A stretch of 64,000 nucleotides of DNA, taken from NCBI GenBank assembly GCA_977862235.1, contig OZ374564.1:2232001-2296000 (forward strand), written 5' to 3'. The notes beneath the pieces were generated by a model, which saw nothing but the letters and a program-made list of their open reading frames with translations, was not told the origin of the DNA and did not search any database. The stretch's first letter is position 1. Every line of letters starts with the position of its first letter. The position numbers and the translations under genes are program-made. This document shows positions 11,814-24,518 of the stretch, in pieces. Origin of the DNA: Dudresnaya verticillata (taxonomy: Eukaryota).

Positions 11814-13658
11814 ATGATTATCCAAACTCTCACAGTCCTCGCTCTCCTGCTCAAACTCTCAGTTGCTTTCTCTTTCCCTGCGTATGACCCCTCCAAAGAC
11901 CACCCATTCATTACCGACACCCAGTTCTCCTCCCTTCCCCGACATCAAGCAATCATTGGCTCCACCTCCTTTGGCGACGGCAGGCGACCCACCAAAGACT
12001 TACCCATCTTCATCCCCGGCCTCGCCACCTATGTCGAGCACGATTCCGGCGCCCTGTTCGCCGACAATCTCGACGCACTTTTCGTCACGGTATGCAGATC
12101 TGACAACCTTGAATTCCTCCGTGTCACCCTAACCGCCCCCGCTCGTGTCTTTATACTCATTAAGAGCATGTACTACTCGCCTGACAAGGCACCGAAGGAT
12201 ACTCTCTCGGTTACCGGTCTCCCCCAGGGCTGGGGCTCCCCGCGTGCGCTGCGGACGCAAGGTGGTCAGCCCATCACCTTCAGGACGGCCCGGATGAACA
12301 GTTGGAGCCAGTTGGACAGTCACGTTGTGGCCGTGGAGAAGAGTTTCGGGGCTGGCGAGCAGGTTAAGCTCCCATGTGCCCCAAAGTTCCGTGTCAACGG
12401 CAGGAAGGGTAAGTCGTACGCTTTGCTTTTCGCTCAGCCAGGGAGTTCGGCCGCGCCTCCGACACGCTTTCCGTACCAGCAGACTCCGGCCACGTTCACC
12501 AATCGCCAGACGGGGGTTCAATCAATTCCGGAGCAAGTCAGGCCGAACGAGGACTGCCCTGCTTGGGTACATGACATGTACGTCACGCCCGGCCGGGACA
12601 ATGACGTCGCTCAAAAGGAGGCAGAGCCCAGATTCTGGAAGACGTGGCACGCCCCTATCGAACCGTACTTTTGGTGTTACTTTGGACACGAGCATGGCGC
12701 ATATCCGGGCAAGTACAAGCCGATGCTTGATTACATGGCATGGAAGACTCAAGATAGTAGCACAAGTACTGGTCGGCAGAACGAGTCGAACGGAGGCTTC
12801 AAGATTGCTGCGCTTCCACTCTACTCTGAGAAAAAGTATGTGGTGCTCGCCGTCCACATGCACCTTTCTAGCTCGCGGCGGTTCTCGGCTCGTCATCACA
12901 CCATCATCTTTGCGGTATTGAACGACAAGTGGGAACTTGAAATGGAACTGCACATGAAGGGCGACTTTGGGTTTGCCTTTACACGGAAGATTCAACAGAA
13001 TGTCTTCCCATTGAACTCGCAGCAGGAAAAAATCAGAGGAGACATTAAGGGAGGGGATATCAAGTTTGTTGCCAACCGTCGATTCAATGTTCTAGACGCA
13101 AGAAACTACCCGGATAGTGTGGATAAGACGATTCGGAACCACGATGGGTTGGATGCGACAGAGGAGAACAGAGCGAAAATCATGAAGGGCAACTATGAGC
13201 AGTGGAAAGCCGTGCTGACGACGTGTTCTAAGAGTCCGGGCATGACAAATGCTTTCATCGACTTTGATGTGACGGATCCCGCAACGGCAAAGCTCAATAT
13301 TGACGGACCCAACGACCCAATGCAATGGCTCAGCGGCGACTCTCGAGACCGTAACCTGAAAATTGCAGAGCCGTATGTTGACGTGGGGTTCGAGCACTGC
13401 ATTTTCAAGAACCAAGGGGTGCTTTCTGCTGCTAAGCAATTGGACGGTGTTTTCTATACAGACTCGTATTTCAAGGAGGCGCGCGGCAGCTCTGGACCGT
13501 TCTCCCCTCGACAGTTCATCAAACCAGGGTTTGAGGGAATTAGAATTAAGGGTGGAAAGTACAGGTCGGTAGACCAGAGCACAGGCCATTATATGGCCCC
13601 GGGACTGCAACGACGAACGCTTAACCCTGAAGGGGCAATACTAGCGTCAATGAACTGA
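11814..13658 (+). CDS. Secreted protein of unknown function (614 aa), copy 1
   Basis: Long intronless ORF, signal peptide MIIQTLTVLALLLKLSVA, His-rich motifs WHAPIEPYFWCYFGHEHG and HMHLSSSRRFSARHHT; conserved in three copies. Confidence 0.9.
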   Translation: MIIQTLTVLALLLKLSVAFSFPAYDPSKDHPFITDTQFSSLPRHQAIIGSTSFGDGRRPTKDLPIFIPGLATYVEHDSGALFADNLDALFVTVCRSDNLEFLRVTLTAPARVFILIKSMYYSPDKAPKDTLSVTGLPQGWGSPRALRTQGGQPITFRTARMNSWSQLDSHVVAVEKSFGAGEQVKLPCAPKFRVNGRKGKSYALLFAQPGSSAAPPTRFPYQQTPATFTNRQTGVQSIPEQVRPNEDCPAWVHDMYVTPGRDNDVAQKEAEPRFWKTWHAPIEPYFWCYFGHEHGAYPGKYKPMLDYMAWKTQDSSTSTGRQNESNGGFKIAALPLYSEKKYVVLAVHMHLSSSRRFSARHHTIIFAVLNDKWELEMELHMKGDFGFAFTRKIQQNVFPLNSQQEKIRGDIKGGDIKFVANRRFNVLDARNYPDSVDKTIRNHDGLDATEENRAKIMKGNYEQWKAVLTTCSKSPGMTNAFIDFDVTDPATAKLNIDGPNDPMQWLSGDSRDRNLKIAEPYVDVGFEHCIFKNQGVLSAAKQLDGVFYTDSYFKEARGSSGPFSPRQFIKPGFEGIRIKGGKYRSVDQSTGHYMAPGLQRRTLNPEGAILASMN

Positions 13659-16600
13659 TGCATGCGTAGTCAAGCGTTGTTACACAGAGGAACCCTATCG
13701 AGAAAGCAGATACAAACTAGTCTCTTCACAATAGGAGCTACGGTAAGGAGATCTTTACGAACAATCTAATCGAGAACGAAGGTGTATCTTTATTGTAATG
13801 ACAAGATAGAGAAGCCCCGTAAGGGAGCTAAGGAAGCCCGCAGAAAAATGCGGCTGCTGTCCTCGTCGAGATTGAGAGGTAACGGAATAATGTAATGTCA
13901 CTCTTCTGCCGCGCTCTCCCAACGTTTATCTCCTTTGGAGAGCGCGGAATTTCCTGTTTGTTAGTGTAGCGGAAAACACAATATCCGTACTCTATAAAGA
14001 CCGTCCAAGACACGGCGGTAGCCGTGTCTAGCGGTAGCCGTTTCTTGGACGGTCCTTATAACATTAAAGTGGTCGTGCTTGTTCAATAAGGGTCCATAAG
14101 GCCATCAATGGTACGGTAATACCGGGTTAAAGTAGTGTGACCTAAGACACCGGCAATTTAGATACATTTATGGCACAACTTTACCAGTTTGCTTTTCTAA
14201 TACGCCCCGGGTTTCCTGACCTGAGAGAGAGAGCCTTGACTGGGGAGGACTATGCATGAGAGGTTTTATGATTTCTTTTTCTTGACGGCTTGCTCTTCTC
14301 TGAATCCATCATGAGACAGGCAAGATGGGATCAATAGCGCGTAAGCTGGTTTACTGTCGTCTACACCCTGATATTTGCTAAGGCCCCTTATGGGGATAGT
14401 AGCATCTTGCTCAATAAAGTGCATCTCTCTCTCAATAGCGTGTGAGAGATGAGAATTATGGCCTTCGAAAGGTAGCCCGCCGCTCGTGTTTGACGTTGGC
14501 GGCCTGCTGACATATTTACTTTATGGCTTTAGCTTTAGAAGCTGAGATACGTAATAATGTTTTTATGGCAGATCAGTGATCCTACTAGGAGCCTCTTAGT
14601 ATCGCCGTATCAGCTCTGCTAAGTACTGCTGGAGGGCGCTATGGAAATGACCTTCAGAGTAAAGCGTTCTACTGCACCAAAAAACTATATTGAGTCTGCG
14701 AGTTAAATTAGCGTCTCCCGGGAATTAGTATAACACGGAGTAGTATATCTTCAGGCCGTCCTCATCATCACAACTTTATTGAAGCAAGACAAGCAGCGGG
14801 AAAACCTAATGACTTAGCCGCTGATGACTATTGGAAGGCCTGGACAAACTGGACGTCTACGATTCAGGCCCTTCAGGCTTGCAGAAAAATCTATATGGGC
14901 TATTCTATTTATGTACTCACACGAATTGGTGTAGCTTTATGAGTTGCTTTCAGCCCTTCTACGGAGTGTCATCCTCAGCATAGCAGTCTGTGTCGGTTTC
15001 CATATTCGCAGCTTCACCTTCAATTGGGCGTTTCTCATCAAGTTGTTCCCGATGCGTCTCGATAATGTGTTGCGAGTGAGGGAAGAGTTGACCAGTGCGC
15101 GTGTTGTACAGCAGTAGAATCGGGTACGGTCTGGGATTTGGAGGGCGTTGCTCCCCGGATCTGTCAAGAAACGATCCGCTCTGCGGATCCATCAAGCAAC
15201 GGTATCCACGGCCCTAAGCTCCCTCGACGACACTAAGACAAAAATGCCGTGTTTACAAAATAAATGAACATCGGGGAGGCGGGTGATGGATTATTTGTGC
15301 AAGTGCAATGGATTGGTCAGCCAGATAAGGTCGACTGGACATGGCACCCGATTACATAGCTGTATGAAGACGTCCCTGAACAGGTTTAGGCATTTCTGCG
15401 CAGGACGCGCAAAAGAAAACTCACCCAGAAAGCGCGAGCTCAACTACATCTCTCTAAAGAGTCATGCACGCGCAGATATACAATTATCCAGCGCATGTAT
15501 GGGGCCGTTTAGATAGTTGTTAGAAATAGAGTAAGCGGAGAGCTTCAAGCCGTGAACAGTAGAGCTCAATTTTGAATGTTGCGTTGTTCAAGCCAGCCGT
15601 TTTGTGCTCTCGAGCTGAGCAGCAAAACAGTAGTAGATAAAGACCCTCTCCTTCCAGGAAAAAAGGATTTCGGACGACAGGGTTGGAGTGCTACAACGAG
15701 CCGGAGTTTACAAACAACTCCCATCGAGAAGCAAGTCGCGACAATGATAACGTTTGTTCTAGCAGTATTCTTGGTTGCAGCGACGCTACCTGCGGATGCA
15801 ATTCCTATTCCTACCAACAAGCTGGCAGAGCATGGGCAACACCGCGTTCTGGGCCAAAAGAGCCCGGCCTCAAACGACCTCGACACATCCAATCGACTAC
15901 CGGAATATCCATGTACAGGGTCCGTGGCGGGTATCTGGTACAATGAACTCGGCTCGGAAATGATGCTGGACGTGGATGCGACAGGAATACTGTCCGGAAC
16001 GTTCAATTCTGCAGTAGGAGTAGCATCACACGAGTACCAACTTGTGGGCAAGATACATCTTGTACCGAACAAATGCAGCCTTTCCCTGGGATGGGTTGTG
16101 GTGTACACCAACGCGTTTCTCAACGCAAACGCAACGGCTACCTCGGGACAGTACCAGCAGGTCAATGGGATCGTAGAGGGTGAATGGATTGTGGCCCTGT
16201 GGGTGCTGACCTCCGAGACGAACTTGAATGATACGTGGGTGTTGCACCAGTTTTAACCCAAGCTTGTACATTTAGCTAGATATGCATCTGTTGGATGTTA
16301 AGCTTTACTGACTACAAGCCTTTCTGAATACCGTTTCACGCAGCTGTACTTTTGAAGCTCAGCTTGCAGTTTGGTAATTCTGCAACCGTACGTTTCAGCT
16401 TCAGAACTGCTGGGCTTCCAGCTTTTCCCTAGACTTCCAGCCACAGACATTCACCAACAGGAGTGACAACCGCCGCGCTTGGAAAGTTCTAGAATCTTGC
16501 TCTTTACTCAATAGCACTTCAGCTCGGCTATAAAAAGCCTCTCTCAGTCTTTTCCACAGTAAAGAGCAGACAACACCTTACCACACAACTCCCACCTTTA

Positions 16601-16795
16601 CTTGCACTTCCTTTAGTGCGCAACAGTGATCACGGCACTCCTTTTTTTCGTTTACTATCCAGTATTTCGATTTCTGTGCTACCAACATTGTGATCCCCGG
16701 GAAATCTCGTCACCTTCCCTGATTCACAAGCTCACTACTATTTGGCCCGTTGTCTCACTCCATCCATTTCCTTTATTAAAGATTTGGTTTTCAAG

Positions 16796-19700
16796 ATGGC
16801 TACTCGGAACTCTCATTTTGCGGGACAACCCCTCTTCACCCCTATATCACATCCTGAATTACGAAGATTGGGCCTGGGCCGTAAGACAGTCCATATTTTT
16901 CTGCGGGAACGTGAAAAGTATCTTTTGAGGATTAAGGATGCTCAAGCTTCAGGCAGCACCATCACACCGGTTTCTTTACGCTTATCAGTGGATCGAGACC
17001 TCTTGGATTCGCTTATTGGTTTTGGTCATTTTCAAGGTGTCTCTACCTTCGACAACCTTTCGGACGATGTACTACAGCCGTTTTTGAATGACCGAGACGG
17101 TGCTAGACTGGAGTCAATATCTCTGGAACAACTTGAGTCTTCTTTGAAAACATCGGTCAGAATTAACATCAACGAGCCCGATGCAGAGATGCGAATTATG
17201 TCTCTATTTGCCGATTACTCCACATTTCTTCGGAACAAAAAGTGGGAACGTCTCATCACAGATTGCCAAAGACATCTATACAGCATGTCACATCTTTGTT
17301 GAAGCCCGCTGTTCTCCGCAAGAAAATTCAAGAGGACATCAAATTGAATGTCAATGGCATTAAGGAAGACTGGAAAGTGTTCTACGCCAAGGTTTGCAAA
17401 CGTTCTATCGACGTGGAAGAATACTTCGCTGTCACTGACGACAACAATGTCAAGCCCTCTGGGACAGAATCAATCAATCGTCTCATCAAGCAGAAGGCAA
17501 AGGGTAATTCAAAGACGCCTTCTACTAAAGAACCTGATTCATCTGGGAACAAGAATTCTCCTACATCCGTTGATCAAGGACCTGATAAGGTGTCTACGGA
17601 AAAGGAACTACCCTTGTGTCTGGTCCCTACTTGTAAGAAGCATCATTACACGAAAGACTGCGAAGACTCTACAGAAGAAGAGAAGAAGCGATATCTCAAG
17701 GAATATCATGACCAGAAGAAGGTTAAACCTAGGGCCAGTAGCGTCCGTACTCCAGACACCAGTCAACTCGTTTTACCACCTCGCCAAGGTTTGTTCGCAG
17801 GGAAACTGGCTGACGCAGTTGACTGCACTGTCAATGGAGATTACGGCTCCGACCATGCTGTCATATGCGAGAGTCACCTCAAACAACTGTCATTGCTTGG
17901 TATTTTCGTACCTATTCTACCTCTTCCTCATCCTATCCAGATGTGTCTTGCTCTTGATTCACAAGAAAAGTTTGAAGCACGAAAGAAGGCAAGAATATCG
18001 ACAACTATAGCTACTGCAGCTGGTCCATTGCGGTTTAGAAACCTAGAGTTTCTAGTGTTCAATGAAGAGATGCCCGAGGTCCTTTTATCGCGACCCCTGC
18101 TACAAGCTATCGGATTCAATCTGGACACCCACCTCTCCAATGTTCGTGACACTTATCATGACCTGGATTTTTCCCATATCGGTTTTGAACACGTTCAAAG
18201 CTCACCTGGTTCTCCGAAGCCTTCACTACAGCCAGGCCGGCTATCCAAGGTTCTGGTCGACTCTGATCATGCTCGATCATCAGCATGCTCTCTAGTTAGA
18301 GAAGATCTCACGAATGGCTCTGACTCTGAAAATATTATAGAAGCTGAGCTTAGAAGAGAAGAAGCTGAGGACCATATGCCGACTGGAAATGAGGACACGC
18401 AAGAAACTCTTCTACATTTGGAACATATGATTACACGAGCATCCGATAACATGTTATCCCCCACTGAAACTGAAGAACTTCGGGACTTAGTACTCCAGTA
18501 TCAAGATGTTTTCAGAACCAAAATAGGAGGGGATCCCCCTGCTGCTGTTCCTCCCATTAGGGGTTTTAGGGGTTTAGGGGTTTAGGGGTCAAGATGTTTT
18601 CAGAACCAAAATAGGAGGGGATCCCCCTGCTGCTGTTCCTCCCATGAAAATCATTTTCAAGGAAAACTACCAGCCAGTACGTGTCAAAGTTCGACGCTAC
18701 GCACCACCACAAGCTGAATTTTTACGGAGCAAGGTCGATGAATTGGAACAGAAGGGACTGGTTAGACCAAACAACACAAGCAAGTGGGCATGCGCTCCTT
18801 TAATTGTGCCGAAGCCTGGCCCAGAAAAATTCAGAATCACTGTTGACCTTCGTCCGATCAACAAACAGACAGAACCGCATCCTTGGCCCATGCCTGACAT
18901 GGAAGCAATAGCTGCTCAGATCTCTGGATCATCCTGCTTTGCCACCCTGGACCTATGCCAAGGGTACTGGCAAATGCCTTTGCACGCTGACTCTCAGGAA
19001 TGCCAAAGTTTTATAACTCCTGATGGGGTTTTCACTCCAACTCGGGTCTTGCATGGAGCCACTAATGCCGTATCATTCTTTCAGAGTACGGTACAACAAA
19101 TTTGCACCCCTGTGCAATAACCTCTTGCAATGGCTAGACGACCTCCTTTTGCACAGCAGGAATTTTAAGGAACTACTGAGGATACTTGAACTGATTTTTT
19201 CTCTCTTCCGTAAGTACAACCTTAAGCTTCATGCAAAGAAGTGCCACCTCTATCTCACCACAGTGAAATGGTGTGGTCGTATTATTTCTAAGGATGGTAT
19301 TCGTTTTGACTCGTCTCGATTTCAAGCTTTAATGGACTTAGAAGAACCACAGACAGGAGCTGATCTCCAACAGTTTGTATGTGCGGCAAATTGGATGCGG
19401 ACATCTATCCCCGAGTTTAACAAACTCATCGCCCCCTTAACGGCCGTCCTCGAAGAAGTATACAAGGCGGCAAAGGGTCGGACACGCTGCGCAGCTGGAA
19501 AGATCAGGCTACGGGATACATACTGGAATGAAATCCAGGAAAAGGTGTTCCAAGATGTCAAGTCGGCTTTACAGAACTCTGCTACGCTCTCACATCCTGA
19601 CTCACAAAAAGTCATGTGTCTTTTCACAGACGCCTCAGAGCATTTCTGGTCAAGCGTATTGATGCAGGTCCCGAAGCCAGACGTCGACCTACCATTTTCA

Positions 19701-21655
19701 GATCAGCGTCATGAACCGTTGGGTTTCCTATCTGGGTCCTTTAAAGGATCCAGTCTCAACTCGTCTACCCCGTAAAAGGAAGCATTTGCTATTCTAGAGT
19801 CCGCAACACGCCTGGATTTTATAGTTTGTCAGCCTACAGGATTTAATATCTTCACTGACCACAAGAATCTGACCTTTATCTTCCATCCACTTGACATTTT
19901 CCCCAAACTCTCGAAACATGTGTACAGTAAGATTGAACGCTGGGCGATGCGCTTAGCAAGTTTTAACTATACTATTGTACATATCACTGGGGACGACAAT
20001 GTGTGGGCCGATTTTCTTTCAAGGTGGGGTGCACCGGGCTATTTTACTCGTTCTTCGTCTGCCCGGAGCTCCCCCAATCATCTTTCTTCTTTGTTCATTG
20101 CTCCTATCGCACCGGACCTCGATCCAGACTTTACCTGGCCAAGAGTTAATGCTATCAAAAGCGCCCAAGATGCTGCCGTTCAGGACGGCTCCGAAGAACC
20201 TCCCACGCAAGTCAGGAATAAGATCCTTGTATCAGATTCTGGAGCCACCTGGATACCTTCCAAAGATCTCAAGTTACAGCTCCGATTATGCATCGTTGCC
20301 CATTGTGGATGAGGTGGACACCGTGGATCAGCAACTACTTTCGAGAATCTCAAGGACTTGTACATATGGAAGGGTGTGAAAGTGGATGTCACAAATTTCT
20401 GGAATACATGTCTACACTGGGCGGTAACCATTGGTGCAACTCGTGTACCACGACCACTGGGACATGCACTACAGGCTGACTCTCCCAATGAAATTATTCA
20501 CTTCGACTTTATCTACATGTTCGAAAGCTCGGCTGGTCTCAGCTATTTGTTGCTTCTCAAAGATGATGCTTCCTCATTTGTATGGTTAGAACCGTGCTCT
20601 ACACCGGATGCAGAACACACTGTAGAAGCACTCATGCGATGGTTTGCTTCGTTCGCTGTAGTTCTCACGTGGATCTCAGATCGCGGCTCACATTTTAAGA
20701 ATCAAGTGATGGCTGCTTTGAATCGCAATCTTCACGCTCATCACCACTTTACGATCGTGAAGTGGTGATGAGCGTGTCGACCCCGTACTGCCCCCAATCT
20801 AATGGGACAATTGAGACAGTCTGCAAAGAAGTTCTACGAGCCGTATCGGCTTTGCTCTCAGAGTTCCGACTGGCTGAAGAAGAATGGCCTTCGGTTGTTA
20901 GAGTGGTACAGTCCATCCTGAACCATTCAAAACGGCCGTCCCTAGGTAATCGAGCCCCAGTTACCGTCTTCACAGGCTTGCCAGCTGACAATCCACTCCG
21001 AACTATGCTTCCACCCGAAGCTCCTCAGGCTGCTAAATCATTGGACTTTATCACGGCACAGAAGATCCTCAAGATAGAACAATTATCTACTGCATTGGAT
21101 TTAATTCACAAGGATGTCGCCGAAAGTCGTACTAGGAAACTCGATGCTGCTATTGCAGCGCTATTGCAGCACACAATCTCCGGACGCATGTTCAGAAGAT
21201 CAACTTTCATGTCGTTGATTTTGTCCTAGTCGCGCGACGTTTGTCTAAGGAAGGTAATAAGCTTCAAGTCCGCTGGAATGGGCCTAATCGAGTTATGGGT
21301 GCAGAGTCGGAGTTCATATATCAAGTAGAAGATCTCATCACACAATCAAAGAAGTCTGTACATGTCAACAGGTTGAAGCGTTATGCCGACTCAAGCTTAG
21401 ATGTTTCGGAATATCTTCTTGACACAATATACCATAATGGATTATATTACAACGCTCCTGGATCTCCGTTACAATAGGCCTTCTAAGGTCTATGAGGTGC
21501 AAGTCAAATGGGTTGGGTTTGATGACGAGGACCCTACCTGGGAACCACTCAAACACATACAGAAGGATGTCCCTAAGATGTTCAAGCAATTTGTTTCCTC
21601 TTTTCAAGACCAAGCTCTGATGCATGCTGCGTTGAAAGCGAAGCTCCCTTCGTGA
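16796..21655 (+). pseudogene. gag-pol: gag-pol of element E with frameshifts and stops
   Basis: Protease-like DYGSD, RT LDLCQGYWQ and WLDD, RNase H FTDAS, integrase SDRGSHF and QSNGTIE, chromodomain VKWVGFDDEDPTWEP. Confidence 0.92.
18557..18588 (+). repeat. Interstitial telomere-like tract (T2-4AGGGG)x4
   Basis: TTAGGGG TTTTAGGGG TTTAGGGG TTTAGGGG between two copies of a 57-bp direct repeat. Confidence 0.8.
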
Positions 21656-24518
21656 GAGAGGAATGTTGCACCAGCTTTAACCCAAGCTTGTACATTTAGC
21701 TAGATATGCATCTGTTGGATGTTAAGCTTTACTGGCTACAAGCCTTTCTGAATACCGTTTCAAGCAGCTGTACTTTTGAAGCTCAGCTTGCAGTTTGGTA
21801 ATTCTGCAACCGTACGTTTCAGCTTCAGAACTGCTGGGCTTCCAGCTTTTCCCTAGACTTCCAGCCACAGACATTCACCAACAGGAGTGACAACCGCCGC
21901 GCTTGGAAAGTTCTAGAATCTTGCTCTTCACTCAATAGCACTTCAGCTCGGCTATAAAAAGCCTCTCTCAGTCTTTTCCACAGTAAAGAGCAGACAACAC
22001 CTTACCACACAACTCCCACCTTTACTTGCACTTCCTTTAGTGCGCAACAGTGGTTACTTGCACTTCCTTTAGTGCGCAACAGTGGGGATCTCATCGCGCC
22101 AATCAAGATGTTTTCCATCGTTCGGTGCAAGCACGACATCTGGAAGGGACGGCGGGACACAAGGAGCGCTCGTAACGGAGAGGCTCGGTCGAGACTTGGG
22201 CCTGCTGCTTCGCGACAAGAGCTTGCTCTACTGTGTACTAAAGAACGCTAAACCGAACATTCCGAACAGCACAGGAGCGTTTGTGGTGGCGCTCCTCAGT
22301 GAAGCGGCCTTTAATAAAGTGTTGTGTGAAGTTTGTGTTGCGTTGTTATGCATTTTGGGGTTCTATAGTACGCGTCTCTATTTGTGGCAAAGGCCTATGA
22401 GTGCGAACACAATATCCGTTTGATGCATTCTATCACCGACCGCAGCACAACCAAAGCTTGAAAGGGATGGGTCGCTCTTCGATATTTTTGTCACTACTAG
22501 ACGCAGCTGAGATATTGTGCTACCTCGGCAGCCTTGGTTAAGGATTGTCTGGGCGATTCGGATACCATTAGCAGCAAGCTCCGCCCCAGGTACCGCGCTT
22601 TTTCCGCTAAGCAATGTGTTACCGCTTCACAGTATATCTTTATGGCGGTGCCGTGGCAAAGCTTACGGCGGCTGCGCCGGGTAGGAGAGCAGTAATTTAG
22701 GTACAGGTCTGACGAGGGCAACATGGTTTGGTCTGTACACACTGTACACAGACCAAACCATGCTGCTCTGAAGGCAGACCAAGGCATGTTGCTCTCGTCA
22801 GCCCACCGCCCCCAAACAGCAAGACGGCGTCGTGGCGAATTTGCGGACTGGAGATTTAGCAAGCAGTCGCCTGCTATTGTAGCATTCGTCCGAGTAGTTT
22901 GTTCTTGCAGCTTGCTTGTGTTATGGTGGCTAAACATTGCGGTTGCGGGTTACGAAACGTACGTCTTGACTTTTGGCTAGCTCTTTGCAGCGCATGCCGA
23001 AACTGAGCAATAACGGCTGCAGGCAGTGCGCATTTGCGAGAGGGCTGGCGCGCGCCTCGGCGCTGCCCTCGCCATCCGGTTGGCCGCTGTGTTTCGAGGG
23101 TTTCAGTGCAGTACGGCTCTTTGGGCCTAAGGAACCGCTTTCCTCCCTTACTCTTACGTATAGTAGCACAAATATAGATACCAAGCGGTATGCGGTGGAG
23201 CGATCTCACCCACAGCACTCTTGCCCCGTGGCACCACCGGCTAACCCGACACGTGCCCGCGTTGAGAGATTGGCTGACTCTCAATACAAGCCCGAGCCGG
23301 AAGCGAATTATTGCCCGCTGAGCTTGCGCTAGACGTGCTTATAGGGTAAGCGACTGGGCCTGAATCTATAAGGAGGCGGATGCTCAATCGAGGGGTTTGT
23401 TGGTTCACATTAAACGGGGATTAATGGCGGACCGAAATGTTCAAACTCACCACGTTGGGCGCGTGCTGGGAACAACTTTTGGTTTAACTCTTTCTTTTTT
23501 ACAAGAAGGAGACTGCCAACTGCCACTCGTGCCAAGCGCTCGTTGGAGCCCAATATCTCTCGCGGAAGACTACGTAATGCATTTCATTTGCACTAATGAA
23601 CATATACTATATGTCGGAATGAACCTGGTCGGAGCTTCTCTCGCAAGAGCTTCTGCTCTAGCAAGAGAGCTTCTTAGTGAAAGAGACGGAAAGAGCGGAG
23701 GTGTAACTAGTTTGTGCTCGTTACGAGGAAAAGTTGTTGCTAAACAACTTGCTGCAGCGTCGAACGGTACAGCCAGGCCCTCCCACGTTCGATGGCCAAG
23801 GTCTCTGAACAGTCTCAGCTCTCCAATAACAAATTAATGGCAATACTTGTAGTCGTTTAGTTGCGACATTCTCTTTCTGAGCTCGTGTCCTTCTGTAAGG
23901 AAAGAGTTTCTCACCGTGGTCCTGTGCTTTCACATGGATCGATAACAGTCCTATAATTGATTATCCCGCGCGGTGTTGACAGAAAAACCATCTTCTGTGC
24001 TGAGAACAGCATTACGACATGATTAAAGAGCTGCTGTTCCCATTTTTCCAACACCTTCAAATGAATATACTGATGCCTTCCCCTTCAAACTGAAACTGAA
24101 GCTTTCAGAACATGCACCGGCTACCCAATGAGTTTGGTGCTGACCGCAAAGAAACCAATGAAGGTCAGCGTTTGTGTGCCAGACTTTTCTAAACTCTTGT
24201 CAGCGAAGGTCGGCCGTGCGACATGGTGCTTTACCTTTACCTCCTCAAGTCAGATCTGCCTCTCGATGAGCCACGCTGGTCCGTAATAACGCAACAGCCC
24301 ACATTTATCCGTGTTGTATGCATTTCTACGCTTCTTCTTTTATAGCAGAACCACTATTCACTCAGAGAGACCATCTCTGCTGAGGAATAGCAAGCGTTAT
24401 ATAAAGCCTTCATCTCATTGTTAGGCACTCAATTATCAGTACCGCCACTAGTGCCAAGGAAAGCGAAGCTCACTGTTGAGCGTAACCGTACCGACAAATC
24501 CTGCCCCCTCCCCCCAAA

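Larger units (their letters stand above)
10355..13767 (+). repeat. Segmental duplication, near-identical to 23060-26474
   Basis: Constant offset of 12705 with only scattered substitutions. Confidence 0.95.
16240..22049 (+). mobile_element. Full-length decayed Ty3/Gypsy chromodomain element E
   Basis: 386-bp LTRs 16240-16625 and 21664-22049 (TGTTGC...GCAACA, 4 differences seen), PPT GAGAGAGGAA, TSD GTGGG. Confidence 0.95.
15744..22175 (+). pseudogene. Avidin-family copy 2, split by element E (coding parts 15744-16239 and 22087-22175)
   Basis: Near-identical to copy 1; frame resumes GSHRANQDVFHR...KERS* after the insertion; also lacks the Phe codon of TATFSGQ. Confidence 0.9.

Noticed and set aside
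14100..15510. Possible DNA-transposon remnant
   Set aside because: No TIRs or convincing transposase motifs found
15518..15710. TGTTAGAAA...TTTACA segment upstream of avidin copy 2, LTR-like
   Set aside because: No TSD; similarity to the 9440 element limited to the first 9 bp
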